Source: a virus | Length of the DNA stretch: 64,000 bases | Direction: 5' to 3' (one strand) | IMG/VR virus record: IMGVR_UViG_3300042564_003823 | Coordinates: 32,189-96,188 of that record | Shown here: one piece after another, positions 38,255-48,726 of the stretch | Layout: each line of letters starts with the position of its first letter | Numbering within the stretch: the stretch's first letter is position 1 | The notes under the pieces: generated by a model | The model's database searches: none | Told to the model about the DNA's origin: nothing | The model's input: only the letters and a program-made list of their open reading frames with translations | Position numbers and translations under genes: made by a program

Positions 38255-39895
38255 ATGATTACAATAGGATTTTCTACAAGAAGTATTGATAATGATTTTA
38301 TTAATATGTTAACTAAAACATCAGGTGTTCCTAATATTCAAATTATTCCTATCGAAAATAATGGTGAATATTCATTAACTGAGGTTTATAATAAAATACT
38401 TTTAAAGTCACATAACGATATTTTAGTATTGTGTCATGATGATATATATTTTGACTCAAAAAATTGGGGTCAAAAAATATTAAACCATTTTAAAAGAAAA
38501 CCTGATTACGGTATTTTAGGTTTGGCTGGAACAACAAATCTGCCAAAATCAGGAAAATGGTGGGACGACTTTTCTAAAATGAAAGGAATAGTTAACCATG
38601 AACATGAAGGAAAAAAATGGGAATCAAAATATTCTGCAAGTTCAGGTAACCAAATAGATGATGTTGTTTTAGTTGATGGTCTTTTTATAGTTATTAATAG
38701 AAAAAAAATAAAAGAAAAATTTAATGAAGAAATTAAAGGTTTTCATTTTTATGATGTTGATTTTTCTTTTAGAAACTTTATTAAAGATGTTAAAATAGGT
38801 GTTATGTATGATGTTAGGGTTACACATAAATCTATTGGTCAGACAAATGATCAGTGGGAAGAGAATAGGAAAATATTTTCAGAAAAATATAAAGATGTTT
38901 TACCTGTAAAAGTCAAAAGAAATTTAACTTTAGAATCACCATTAAAAGTATTATTATCTTGTTTGTTTTTTAAAACATTTACAGGATCGGAAATGTACGT
39001 ATATGAATTAGCAAGAGGGTTAAAAAAATTAAATTGTGATGTAACTGTATTGTCCGACATTAACGGACCCCTATCAAAACTAGCGCAACAACAAGGAATA
39101 AAAGTTTTACCATTTAATGATGCCCCTGGCTATAAGTTAGGTGACGGTAAATGGAGTTTAAATACACCACAAGGACCACAACTATCACAACCAAATATGA
39201 TGTACAAAATATCTGAAGTTAATTTTGACATCATACATACACAACATTTACCTGTAACAAATCAAATGTGCCAAATGTATCCTAATACCGATAAAATTTG
39301 CACAATACACTCAGAAGTTATTGAGTTAGAAAATCCTGTTATTAATGAAAAAATAAAAAAATACATTTGTATTAGACCTGAAATTCAAGACCATATAACA
39401 ACAAAGTTTGAGGTTGATAAAAATAATACTGAAGTCATATATAACCCTATTGATACAAATAGATTTAACACTAAAAACACAAGTGATGATGGTTATGTTT
39501 TATTTGTTGGAACTTTAGATTATTTACGAGAAAATACAATAAAGGATTTAGTTGAATACTCAAAATCAGTTTATAAAATGTTATGGTTGGTTGGTGAAAA
39601 TAAATCAAATTATTTAGATGACTTATTAAAAAATTCACACGTAAAACATTTTGAATCAACAAGTAAGGTTGAAACATTTGTTAAAAATTGTTCAGAGACT
39701 GCAGGAATACTTTTAGGTAGGACGACAATTGAAGGTTGGCTTTGTGGGAAACCAGGATGGATTTACAATGTTGATGAAAATGGTTATATTTTAAATAAAG
39801 AAAAACATAATGTACCTGACGACATTAAAAAATTTGACGGGTTAGGGGTTGCAAAAAAAATAAAAGAAGAATATATTAAAATTTTAAATGATTAA
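38255..39895 (+). CDS. Bifunctional glycosyltransferase (GT-A plus GT-B domains)
   Basis: N-terminal CHDD..., FHFYDVDF; C-terminal TGSEMYVYELA, VIYNPID...F. Confidence 0.75.
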   Translation: MITIGFSTRSIDNDFINMLTKTSGVPNIQIIPIENNGEYSLTEVYNKILLKSHNDILVLCHDDIYFDSKNWGQKILNHFKRKPDYGILGLAGTTNLPKSGKWWDDFSKMKGIVNHEHEGKKWESKYSASSGNQIDDVVLVDGLFIVINRKKIKEKFNEEIKGFHFYDVDFSFRNFIKDVKIGVMYDVRVTHKSIGQTNDQWEENRKIFSEKYKDVLPVKVKRNLTLESPLKVLLSCLFFKTFTGSEMYVYELARGLKKLNCDVTVLSDINGPLSKLAQQQGIKVLPFNDAPGYKLGDGKWSLNTPQGPQLSQPNMMYKISEVNFDIIHTQHLPVTNQMCQMYPNTDKICTIHSEVIELENPVINEKIKKYICIRPEIQDHITTKFEVDKNNTEVIYNPIDTNRFNTKNTSDDGYVLFVGTLDYLRENTIKDLVEYSKSVYKMLWLVGENKSNYLDDLLKNSHVKHFESTSKVETFVKNCSETAGILLGRTTIEGWLCGKPGWIYNVDENGYILNKEKHNVPDDIKKFDGLGVAKKIKEEYIKILND

Positions 39896-40619
39896 GATTG
39901 TTAGTTGTTTTTGGAATGTTGAAAATTACATTGAAAAATGTTTAAAGTCCGTAATGTCTCAAAATTTAAATAATTTTAAAATGTACTTAATTGATGACGT
40001 GTCAACAGATACTACGGTAGATAAAATAAATTCATTAATAGAAGGTGACAATAGATTTATATTAATTCAAAATTCAGAAAAGAAATTTAAATTAAAAAAT
40101 TTAGACGATTTATTAATGAATGAAAATCTTTTTGATGATGAGGATATTATTATTGAGCTGGATGGTGATGATTGGTTAGAAAATGATAATGTTTTATCAT
40201 TAATTAATGGAAAATACAATAATAATAAAAATTTGTGGATAACTAATGGTAGTTTTGTTTATTCCGATGGTAGATTTGGGTTTTCTTCAAAAGTTAATAC
40301 GGATACCGTCAGAACAGACACTTTTTTATTTTCTCATCTACGAACTTGGAAAGTACATTTGTGGAGAAATATAGAACAAAAATCTTTTTTAGATGAAAAT
40401 GGAGAATATTTTAAATCGGCGGGAGACGCAGCATACTCTTTTCCTATGGTAGAAATGGCTGGCGAAAAACATTATGAATATATCCCTAATATTTTGTATG
40501 TTTATAATGAACAAAATCCGTACAATGATCACAAATCCGGATCTTCTTCAGGTTCCGCATACGAACAATTAAGATGTTCAAACATCATAAGAAATTTACC
40601 AAAGTATCAAAAATTATAA
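39888..40619 (+). CDS. Glycosyltransferase family 2
   Basis: YIEKCLKSV..Q, IDDVSTD, LDGDDW. Confidence 0.85.
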   Translation: MIKIVSCFWNVENYIEKCLKSVMSQNLNNFKMYLIDDVSTDTTVDKINSLIEGDNRFILIQNSEKKFKLKNLDDLLMNENLFDDEDIIIELDGDDWLENDNVLSLINGKYNNNKNLWITNGSFVYSDGRFGFSSKVNTDTVRTDTFLFSHLRTWKVHLWRNIEQKSFLDENGEYFKSAGDAAYSFPMVEMAGEKHYEYIPNILYVYNEQNPYNDHKSGSSSGSAYEQLRCSNIIRNLPKYQKL

Positions 40620-40620
40620 C

Positions 40621-41436
40621 ATGTTTATTACTAGTTACTTAATGGGTGGTTTAGGTAATCAAATGTTTCAAATATCTAAAGCGGTTACCGAAGGATTAAA
40701 AAATAATATACCCGTTTTTTTTAGAACAAACGCATTTATCCCTATGGAAGGTAACCAACCAACTAATTACACTGAAAATATTTTTAAAAAATTAAGTTTT
40801 GATAATTCAAAAATACCGACATTTAGACTTAATGAAAAAACTTGGGAGTACTACGAAAATAATTTTTTATACACACAACCAACCGAGTTTTACGGTTATT
40901 TCCAAAGTAGTAAAAACTTTTTACAATACAAAGATGAAATAAGAGATTTATTTTTACCTACAGAAAAATTTAAAAACAAAATTAAATTATTATATCCAAA
41001 AATATTTAATAAGAATTCTGTTTCAATACACGTCAGAAGAGGGGATTATTTAAGTATCTCTGAAGTACTCCCAGTTTTAGATAAAAGCTATTTTGATTAT
41101 TGTATTGAAAACTTCAAAGGATGTGACATATTCATTTTTTCAAATGATAAGGATTGGTGTAAAGAAAATTTAAAATATGATAACGTCACTGTTGTTGAGA
41201 ATTTAGATGACTATGAAGAATTGTGGGCAATCAGTTTATGTAATCATAATATTATGTCTAACTCTTCATTTTCTTGGTGGGGTTCTTATCTTAATATAAA
41301 TTATAATAAAAAAGTTTTTGTCCCATCCGTTTGGTTTGGTCCTAAAGGCGAAAAAGACTACCATTCAATATATGAAAATGATTGGAAAAAAATAAAAGTA
41401 AAATATGAAAATAATAATTTAAAATTATGTTGTTAA
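40621..41436 (+). CDS. Alpha-1,2-fucosyltransferase (GT11)
   Basis: GGLGNQMFQ, GYFQS, SIHVRRGDY, NSSFSWWG. Confidence 0.9.
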   Translation: MFITSYLMGGLGNQMFQISKAVTEGLKNNIPVFFRTNAFIPMEGNQPTNYTENIFKKLSFDNSKIPTFRLNEKTWEYYENNFLYTQPTEFYGYFQSSKNFLQYKDEIRDLFLPTEKFKNKIKLLYPKIFNKNSVSIHVRRGDYLSISEVLPVLDKSYFDYCIENFKGCDIFIFSNDKDWCKENLKYDNVTVVENLDDYEELWAISLCNHNIMSNSSFSWWGSYLNINYNKKVFVPSVWFGPKGEKDYHSIYENDWKKIKVKYENNNLKLCC

Positions 41437-42038
41437 ATTTAGAAAATTTAAACTTAAAGTATGGCCTTAAAATAAAGGGCGTTTTACACATTGGAGCACA
41501 TGTTGGTCAAGAATTAGGCACCTATCAAAAATTAGGAATATCAAATGTTATGTTTTTTGAACCTGTACAAAAAACATTTGACAGACTTAAACAAAATGTT
41601 GGCGAGTCGGCAATTATCATTAATACGGCTCTTGGAAACATTGAAGGTGAAGTTGAGATGTATACTGAAACAATAAATGAAGGACAATCAAGTTCGGTCT
41701 TAGAACCAGAATACCATTTAATTCAACATCCCAACATTAAATTTAACGGTAGAGAAAAAGTTAAAATCACAAAATTAGATAATTTTATAGAAAATAAAGA
41801 AAACTATAACTTTATTAATGTTGATGTACAAGGGTATGAATTAGAAGTTTTTAAAGGTGGGTCTGAATACTTAAAAAGTATTGATTACATAATGACAGAA
41901 GTGAATAGGGCTGAACTTTATAAAGGTTGTGCAAGAATAGAAGATTTAGATATGTTTTTAAGTCAATACGGATTTGAAAGGGTTGAAACAACTTGGGATG
42001 GTGGAACATGGGGAGACGCGTTTTATGTTAAAAGATAG
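41427..42038 (+). CDS. FkbM-family methyltransferase
   Basis: HIGAHVG, FEP, DVQGYELEV.KG, WGDAFY. Confidence 0.88.
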   Translation: MLLNLENLNLKYGLKIKGVLHIGAHVGQELGTYQKLGISNVMFFEPVQKTFDRLKQNVGESAIIINTALGNIEGEVEMYTETINEGQSSSVLEPEYHLIQHPNIKFNGREKVKITKLDNFIENKENYNFINVDVQGYELEVFKGGSEYLKSIDYIMTEVNRAELYKGCARIEDLDMFLSQYGFERVETTWDGGTWGDAFYVKR

Positions 42039-42849
42039 TTTATACATACACGACACAATGTTTTCTCACGCAAAATCAAGTAGTTGGTACAATGAACCAG
42101 AACTTTTTGATTGGGTTAGAAAGTACGATGAAAATCATTTGGTTTTTACGGACTATTCTTTACACAATGTTGATGATTTTTCAAACAATAAAAAATATGC
42201 ATGGTTATTAGAATCGCCAGAAATTACTCCTTTTGCCTACGATTACATTAAAGAAAATCACAAAAAATTTGATTTGATTTTTACATTTAACAAAGAATTA
42301 TTGGAAATATCGGACAAATTTATTTTATTACCATATGGAGGTTGTTGGATAGAAACCAAAGATAGAAAAATACACGATAAATTTAAAGAGACCTCAATCA
42401 TTTTATCAAATAAAAAAATAACTGAGGGTCACAAACTTAGACACAAAATTGTTGACATTTTTGATAAAATAGACATGTATGGATATAAAAACCCAATAGA
42501 CAAAAAAATAAAGGCGCTTAAAGATTATCGTTTTTCAATTGTTATAGAAAATTGTAAAAAAGATTTTTATTTCAGTGAAAAGATTGTAGATTGCTTCATT
42601 ACAGGAACAATTCCAATATATTGGGGGTGCCCGTCAATAGGTGAGTTTTTTGATCAAGAAGGTATACTTACATTTGATACAATAGAAGATTTAAAAATAA
42701 TACTTAATTCCCTAAATAAAGATTTATACGAGTCCAAAAAAACGCATATAAAAAATAATTTTGAGAAATGTAAAAAGTATTTAATAGCGGATAACATTTT
42801 ATATAATAAACTAAAAGAATATGAAAAAACATCTAGTCAATTATTCTAA
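42025..42849 (+). CDS. GT10-like (alpha-1,3/4-fucosyltransferase-like) glycosyltransferase
   Basis: YRFSIVIEN....YFSEKIVD....TIPIYWG; start reassigned to the ATG at 42025. Confidence 0.8.
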   Translation: MLKDSLYIHDTMFSHAKSSSWYNEPELFDWVRKYDENHLVFTDYSLHNVDDFSNNKKYAWLLESPEITPFAYDYIKENHKKFDLIFTFNKELLEISDKFILLPYGGCWIETKDRKIHDKFKETSIILSNKKITEGHKLRHKIVDIFDKIDMYGYKNPIDKKIKALKDYRFSIVIENCKKDFYFSEKIVDCFITGTIPIYWGCPSIGEFFDQEGILTFDTIEDLKIILNSLNKDLYESKKTHIKNNFEKCKKYLIADNILYNKLKEYEKTSSQLF

Positions 42850-43531
42850 CAACACTCACCATAATTCACAAATATTAAACACAAATTCGGCGTTGTCAGA
42901 GGGAGGGTTTGATTATGTTTTTTCTTTTAAGTACTCAGACTTAGAAGAGAATTTTATAAAAGAAAACATAAAAATACTGTCCCAACAAAGGGGTGCAGGT
43001 TATTGGATGTGGAAACCATATGTAATAAAAAAAGCATTAGAATCTATTAATGAAAATGAAATATTAATGTATTCAGATTCTGGAATATCGTTCATAAAAA
43101 AAATAGACGAGATCGTTGAAATCATGGACGCAACCGAAGAAAAGTTGTTGTTGTTTGAACTTGAAGATATACACCCAAATAAAAGGTGGACTAAACGAGA
43201 CTGTTTTGTTTTGATGGATTTGGATAGTGAACTTTATTTATCTAAAAACCAATTATTAGCAAGTTATGTTTTAATGAGAAAAAATGATTTTGTTATTAAT
43301 TTCATAGATGAGTGGTTAAAATATGCAAAAGATTATAGGGTAATAACAGACTCACCAAACGAATGTGGTTTACCAAACTATAAAGAATTTGTTGATCACC
43401 GACACGATCAGAGTATTCTTAGTTTACTAGGGAGAAAACATAACATTAAAAACATACCTGATATTTCTCAGTTTGGTGAGGGTAGAAGGGTTACATCACA
43501 AATTTTAAATCATCATAGAAATAGAAGTTAA
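42821..43531 (+). CDS. Putative glycosyltransferase (GT-A-like, HRHDQS motif)
   Basis: GYWMWKP, YSDSG, DHRHDQSILS; located in the glycan locus. Confidence 0.6.
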   Translation: MKKHLVNYSNNTHHNSQILNTNSALSEGGFDYVFSFKYSDLEENFIKENIKILSQQRGAGYWMWKPYVIKKALESINENEILMYSDSGISFIKKIDEIVEIMDATEEKLLLFELEDIHPNKRWTKRDCFVLMDLDSELYLSKNQLLASYVLMRKNDFVINFIDEWLKYAKDYRVITDSPNECGLPNYKEFVDHRHDQSILSLLGRKHNIKNIPDISQFGEGRRVTSQILNHHRNRS

Positions 43532-43532
43532 T

Positions 43533-44264
43533 ATGAAAATTAAATATGCAGTAATGGGTAGCGATATGAACCCACTTTATTATGAGTTTTGGCCTATAAT
43601 TTCTAAGGTCTGGAAAGAAGTTTTTAATATCATTCCGGTGTTAGGATTAATATGTGACGAAGATTCAGAACTAATAGAAGATAATTATGGTTTAGTAAAA
43701 AAATTCAAATCAATAGACGGTATAGATTACGGATTCCAATCACAAATTGTTAGATTTTACTTACCAACGATATTGGACGGAATTTGTATAACATCAGATA
43801 TTGATATGATGCCCTTATCAAAAGACTATTTTATAAAAAATATAGAAAATTTTGATGATTCTAATTTTTATGTTATGACATCTGACAATCCAGAATGTTT
43901 ACAAAATAAAGAATATCAAATGTGTTACAATATAGCAAAACCAAAAATGTTCAAACATGTTTTAAACATAAACGATTCATGGGTTGAGTTTGTAAATAAA
44001 CTTAAAAATTTAGGTTTTGGTTGGACAACAGATCAAAGATACTTATACGATATGGTCAACTCATATAGTAATAAAGAAAAAATCGTGTTATTGAATAGGG
44101 GGTTTACGGGGTTAGCAAATAATAGGATAGACCGAGCGATATGGAGATACGACCCAAATTTAGTTATTAAAGGACACTATATAGACTCACATTTAGTTAG
44201 ACCATACAATCAATATAAATCAGAGGTTGACGCACTTGCGAAATTACTTTATTTAAACAATTAA
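43533..44264 (+). CDS. Putative glycosyltransferase
   Basis: DxD motif in TSDIDMMP; W.TDQ; located in the glycan locus. Confidence 0.55.
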   Translation: MKIKYAVMGSDMNPLYYEFWPIISKVWKEVFNIIPVLGLICDEDSELIEDNYGLVKKFKSIDGIDYGFQSQIVRFYLPTILDGICITSDIDMMPLSKDYFIKNIENFDDSNFYVMTSDNPECLQNKEYQMCYNIAKPKMFKHVLNINDSWVEFVNKLKNLGFGWTTDQRYLYDMVNSYSNKEKIVLLNRGFTGLANNRIDRAIWRYDPNLVIKGHYIDSHLVRPYNQYKSEVDALAKLLYLNN

Positions 44265-44265
44265 C

Positions 44266-45027
44266 ATGGAATTAATAACTGGAAATAAATTTAAACGAAT
44301 TTGTCATTATTCATATGACGAGTTTGGTTTTGTAATACATTCAGAGCCAACTGTTAATCAAATATTAAAAGTATTTGTTAAAATCGATTATGTTCATAAT
44401 TTTTTTTCAAACCCTCCATTAAGACCATTTATTTTAATAACCCATAATGGTGATTTACCAGTTGACGGTAATTATTTACGTTACATGGATAACCCAAATT
44501 TGATAAAATGGTATGGTCAAAATATAATGACCGTTCATCCAAAATTACAATCAATTCCAATAGGTATTGCAAATGAAAAATGGCCTCATGGTAATGAGTC
44601 TGTTTTTTTTGAAGTTATGCAAAAAGACATAAAAAAAGAACGGCTAATTTATGTTAATTTTGATGTAAACACAAATAGGTTTGAACGTAACGATTGTCTA
44701 TCAGAAATAAATAAAAAAGGTTTAGAAATAGGTGTTAAATTACCATTTAACCAATACTTAGAGGAAGTAGCAAAAAGTTATTTTGTTGTTTCACCAAACG
44801 GTAATGGTGTTGACTGCCATAAAACTTGGGAATCATTATATTTAAAGACTATCCCGATTGTTACTGAATCAATCAACATAAATTTTTATAAAAACTTACC
44901 AATACTTATAATAAAAAGATGGAAAGATTTCAACCCCAATGACCTAACTATTGATAAATATCAAAAAATTTGGGGTGGTTTTAATGTTGAAGCGATTAAC
45001 GTTAAAAAGTTTTTAAATAATGGATAA
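44266..45027 (+). CDS. Exostosin/GT47-like glycosyltransferase
   Basis: FVVSPNGNGVDCHKTWESLYL..IPIV. Confidence 0.7.
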   Translation: MELITGNKFKRICHYSYDEFGFVIHSEPTVNQILKVFVKIDYVHNFFSNPPLRPFILITHNGDLPVDGNYLRYMDNPNLIKWYGQNIMTVHPKLQSIPIGIANEKWPHGNESVFFEVMQKDIKKERLIYVNFDVNTNRFERNDCLSEINKKGLEIGVKLPFNQYLEEVAKSYFVVSPNGNGVDCHKTWESLYLKTIPIVTESININFYKNLPILIIKRWKDFNPNDLTIDKYQKIWGGFNVEAINVKKFLNNG

Positions 45028-45778
45028 AATTTGTTGCGTATATACGTGTAATTCACCTTATTTTAATGATTTTAAAATATCAGCAAATCAACTATTAACA
45101 AACGGTAAGTTTGGTGGCGATATAGTATTAATAATAGGTGATGATTTAGAAACAGAGACGATTAATAATGATGAATTTATTAAATCAAATAATATTATCC
45201 TTAAAAAATTTAAAAACATAACTTTCCCTATTGAAACTAATATTAAATTAGAATCAATTAAAGTTGATGGTAGAAACATAAACAAAAAATTTCAGTGGCA
45301 CAAATTACATGTTTTTGATGTATTTTTTAAAAATTGGGATTATGTTTTTTATTTAGATTGTGGTATGAAAATTCATGGTGATATTGATAAAATACTAAAA
45401 ACAAAAAAAGAAGGTTGTTTAGTGGCCCAGTCCGATAATTACCCTAATAATGGTTGGGACTTATCGATACAGTTTGATAAAACAGACCCAATCTTTAACA
45501 CATTAAATCAAAAATATAGTTTAAATATTGATTACCCCCAAACAGGGATTATGTTATTTGACACTAAAATAATTTCTGATAATCTAATTAACAATTTGAT
45601 TAATTTAACATGTGAATTTCCAATCACTAAAACCAATGAACAAGCAATAATTGCTTTATATTTTACAAACATAGAAAAAAAATGGGTTTTAATACCCATA
45701 GGTGATGAAGAAACATATTATTATTCTTCATTCAGAATACATAACGATAAAAATTACATAATTTCAAGATATAATTAA
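45020..45778 (+). CDS. GT8-like glycosyltransferase
   Basis: KLHVF, YLDCG, QTGIMLFD, NEQAII. Confidence 0.65.
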   Translation: MDKICCVYTCNSPYFNDFKISANQLLTNGKFGGDIVLIIGDDLETETINNDEFIKSNNIILKKFKNITFPIETNIKLESIKVDGRNINKKFQWHKLHVFDVFFKNWDYVFYLDCGMKIHGDIDKILKTKKEGCLVAQSDNYPNNGWDLSIQFDKTDPIFNTLNQKYSLNIDYPQTGIMLFDTKIISDNLINNLINLTCEFPITKTNEQAIIALYFTNIEKKWVLIPIGDEETYYYSSFRIHNDKNYIISRYN

Positions 45779-45779
45779 T

Positions 45780-46373
45780 ATGAGATACGATTTTATAGAA
45801 ATAGGAACATCTGATTTTGATACTGAATTACAAAAATCAGACGATAATACTATGGGTATATCAATAGAACCAATAAAATTTTATTTGGATAGATTACCTA
45901 ATAAAAAAAATGTTTTAAAAATTAATGCTGCTGTTTCGAATTACAACGGGTCAATAGATGTTTTTTACGTTTCAGATGAAACAATACAAAAATTTGGTTT
46001 ACCAGATTATGTAAAAGGTCAAAACTCAATTGGTTCACCGCACCCAGAAGTACTTAAATGGAACCATTTAGGTTTAACAATAGATAACATAGCCTCTGAA
46101 AAAGTAACAGTCATTAACTTTGAAACCATTTTTAAAAATCACAACGTTGATAGTGTTGGATTTTTAAAAATAGACACTGAAGGTCATGATTGTGTTATCA
46201 TGGGTGATTACATTGATTACTGTTCAGCTAATAAAATTTTAGTTGCCGATAAAATAATGTTTGAATCGAATATGTTAACAAATAGTGATGTCATTTCTAA
46301 TACAATAAACAGATGTGTTGAATTAGGTTATAAATTAATTTTTAGAGGTGAAAATACAATATTATCAAAATAA
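45780..46373 (+). CDS. FkbM-family methyltransferase
   Basis: IEIGTSDF, IEP, LKIDTEGHD. Confidence 0.75.
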   Translation: MRYDFIEIGTSDFDTELQKSDDNTMGISIEPIKFYLDRLPNKKNVLKINAAVSNYNGSIDVFYVSDETIQKFGLPDYVKGQNSIGSPHPEVLKWNHLGLTIDNIASEKVTVINFETIFKNHNVDSVGFLKIDTEGHDCVIMGDYIDYCSANKILVADKIMFESNMLTNSDVISNTINRCVELGYKLIFRGENTILSK

Positions 46374-47137
46374 TGGTTTCAATTGTTTATAGTGGTAGAT
46401 TAGGTAACAATTTATTTCAATACGTTGCATCATATATTTTTGCTAAAAAATTTGGTTTTAAAATATCATCAAATATTGTCGAAAACAAATTTAATTTACC
46501 ATCGTTATACGGAAATAGTGAATTTTCTAAAACAATAAATGTGGATGATAACAATTTTATGTCTCTATTGAATTCAGATAAATTAGGTATGGCTCACTAT
46601 CACTTCGTAGGTTATTATCAAATTAAAGATTTTATTTTAGAATATCGTAATGAAATAAAACAAATGTTTAATCTTTCATATTTACCTAACACCAAAGATG
46701 AGGTTTTTGTTGCGTACAGAATTGGTGATATCAACGGAATTAGACAAATGTTACCATATGAATATTATGAAGACGCTTTAACCAAAATAAACCCAATTAG
46801 TGGTTATATAACTTCAGACACGCCAGACCATCCTAATGTTTTACGTTTGATTGAAAAATTCAATTTAAAAAATTATAACGGATCACCTTTAGAAACTATT
46901 GATTTTGCTAAAAATTTTAACAATTTAGTGTTAAGTGAAGGTAGTTTTAGTTGGTGGATAGGATTTTTAAGTAATGCGAAAAACATTTATTTTAATGATA
47001 GGGAAAGGTTTTGGCATGGGGACATGTTTGTAATACCTGAATGGAAACCCCTTAAATACGATTGGGATCCATCATGTGTAGGAGTAAATAATATTTTAAA
47101 ATGTAAAAAAATAAAAAAACATGAAAATAGCCTTTGA
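46373..47137 (+). CDS. Second GT11-like alpha-1,2-fucosyltransferase
   Basis: GRLGNNLFQY, GYYQ, YRIGD, GSFSWW. Confidence 0.75.
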   Translation: MVSIVYSGRLGNNLFQYVASYIFAKKFGFKISSNIVENKFNLPSLYGNSEFSKTINVDDNNFMSLLNSDKLGMAHYHFVGYYQIKDFILEYRNEIKQMFNLSYLPNTKDEVFVAYRIGDINGIRQMLPYEYYEDALTKINPISGYITSDTPDHPNVLRLIEKFNLKNYNGSPLETIDFAKNFNNLVLSEGSFSWWIGFLSNAKNIYFNDRERFWHGDMFVIPEWKPLKYDWDPSCVGVNNILKCKKIKKHENSL

Positions 47138-47747
47138 TATTGGTGCAAACATCGGACAAACGATTGACGCATTATTTAATGATTATGATAAAATAATTGC
47201 CTTTGAAGCAAACCCAAATTTGGCTTTAAATTTAAAATCGCGATATACACAAGATAAAATTATAATTGAATCTTTAGGTGTATCTGATAAAAATGAGGTT
47301 AAAACATTTAATATTTCAAATTCACATGTTGTTTCAACCTTTTCAAATGATTGGATTACAAACTCTAGATTTACTGGTGTTTATAATTGGGATACGACAA
47401 TTCAAGTAAATACAATCACATTAGATGATATAATAAAAAAATATGGTATTCCATACTTTATTAAAGTAGATGTTGAAGGATATGAATACGAAGTCTTTCA
47501 AGGATTAACGTCATTACTTGAAGAAACTTATTTTGCTTTTGAATGGGCTGAGGAACAATATGAAAAAATAAATCAAACTATAGACTATTTAAAAAGTTTA
47601 GGTTATAGTAATTTTGATTATACTTACCAAGATAACCTATTGGTTTTAGAAACCATTAATTGGAAAAAATGGGAAGATTTAACTTTACATTCTGACATAA
47701 ACCCAAGTAGAAAAGAAAAATGGGGTATGATATATTTTAAAAAATAA
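47121..47747 (+). CDS. FkbM-family methyltransferase
   Basis: FDIGANIG, FEANP, IKVDVEGYEYEV. Confidence 0.88.
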   Translation: MKIAFDIGANIGQTIDALFNDYDKIIAFEANPNLALNLKSRYTQDKIIIESLGVSDKNEVKTFNISNSHVVSTFSNDWITNSRFTGVYNWDTTIQVNTITLDDIIKKYGIPYFIKVDVEGYEYEVFQGLTSLLEETYFAFEWAEEQYEKINQTIDYLKSLGYSNFDYTYQDNLLVLETINWKKWEDLTLHSDINPSRKEKWGMIYFKK

Positions 47748-47748
47748 A

Positions 47749-48726
47749 ATGAAAAAAACACTAATAACAGGAATTAACGGACAAGATGGTTCATATCTTG
47801 CGGAATTTTTATTAGATAAAAATTATGAAGTTTGGGGTACCGTAAAAAGAAATTCGGTATCAGAAACGCAATCATCAAGAATTGAGTCATTAAGAAATGA
47901 TGGTAATATTAATTTAGAGTACGCCGATTTAACAGATATGGCGTCTTTAGTAAGAGTATTACAAAAAGTTCAACCAGATGAAATTTACAATTTAGCTGCA
48001 CAATCACATGTAAGGGTTTCATTTGATCAACCCATTTATACCGCAAACGCAACTGGATTAGGTACTTTAAATTTATTAGAAGCGGTTAGAATGGTTTCAC
48101 CACATTCTAAAATTTATCAAGCGTCTTCTTCAGAAATGTTTGGTAATTCAATTGACAAGGATGGATACCAAAGAGAAACAACACCGATGAATCCGGTATC
48201 ACCTTATGGTTGTGCTAAAGTTTTTTCATATAATATTTGTAGAAATTACAGAAACTCATACGGAATGAAAATATGGAATGGTATTCTTTTCAACCACGAA
48301 TCACCAAGAAGAGGAACTAACTTTGTTACTAATAAAGTTGTAAAGGCAGCAGTAAGAATTAGTTTAGGGATACAAGACAAATTACATATTGGTAATTTGT
48401 CCGCAACTAGAGATTGGGGTCATGCTAAAGATTATGTCGAAGCAATGTGGTTAATGTTACAAACAGATAAACCAGATGATTATGTATGTGCAACAGGAGT
48501 ATCTCATTCAGTTAAAGATTTGTGTGAATATACCTTTAGTTCATTAGGTTTAAATTATTTAGATTATATTGTTGTCGATGAAAAACATTTCAGACCTGAA
48601 GAATTAGAAAATTTAAAAGGAGATTCTTCAAAAATAAGAAAAGAAATATTATGGCAACCTACATATACTTTTGAAACAATGATAGATGAAATGATAGAGT
48701 ATTGGTTAAATTATTATGGAAAATAA
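47749..48726 (+). CDS. gmd: GDP-mannose 4,6-dehydratase
   Basis: LITGINGQDGSYLAE, NLAAQSHV, YQASSSEMFG, SPYGCAK, NHESPRRG, RDWGHAKDYV. Confidence 0.96.
   Translation: MKKTLITGINGQDGSYLAEFLLDKNYEVWGTVKRNSVSETQSSRIESLRNDGNINLEYADLTDMASLVRVLQKVQPDEIYNLAAQSHVRVSFDQPIYTANATGLGTLNLLEAVRMVSPHSKIYQASSSEMFGNSIDKDGYQRETTPMNPVSPYGCAKVFSYNICRNYRNSYGMKIWNGILFNHESPRRGTNFVTNKVVKAAVRISLGIQDKLHIGNLSATRDWGHAKDYVEAMWLMLQTDKPDDYVCATGVSHSVKDLCEYTFSSLGLNYLDYIVVDEKHFRPEELENLKGDSSKIRKEILWQPTYTFETMIDEMIEYWLNYYGK

Noticed and set aside
41974-42024. TTG start for the GT10-like ORF
   Set aside because: It would overlap the upstream gene by 65 nt; the ATG at 42025 fits the coupling pattern of the operon
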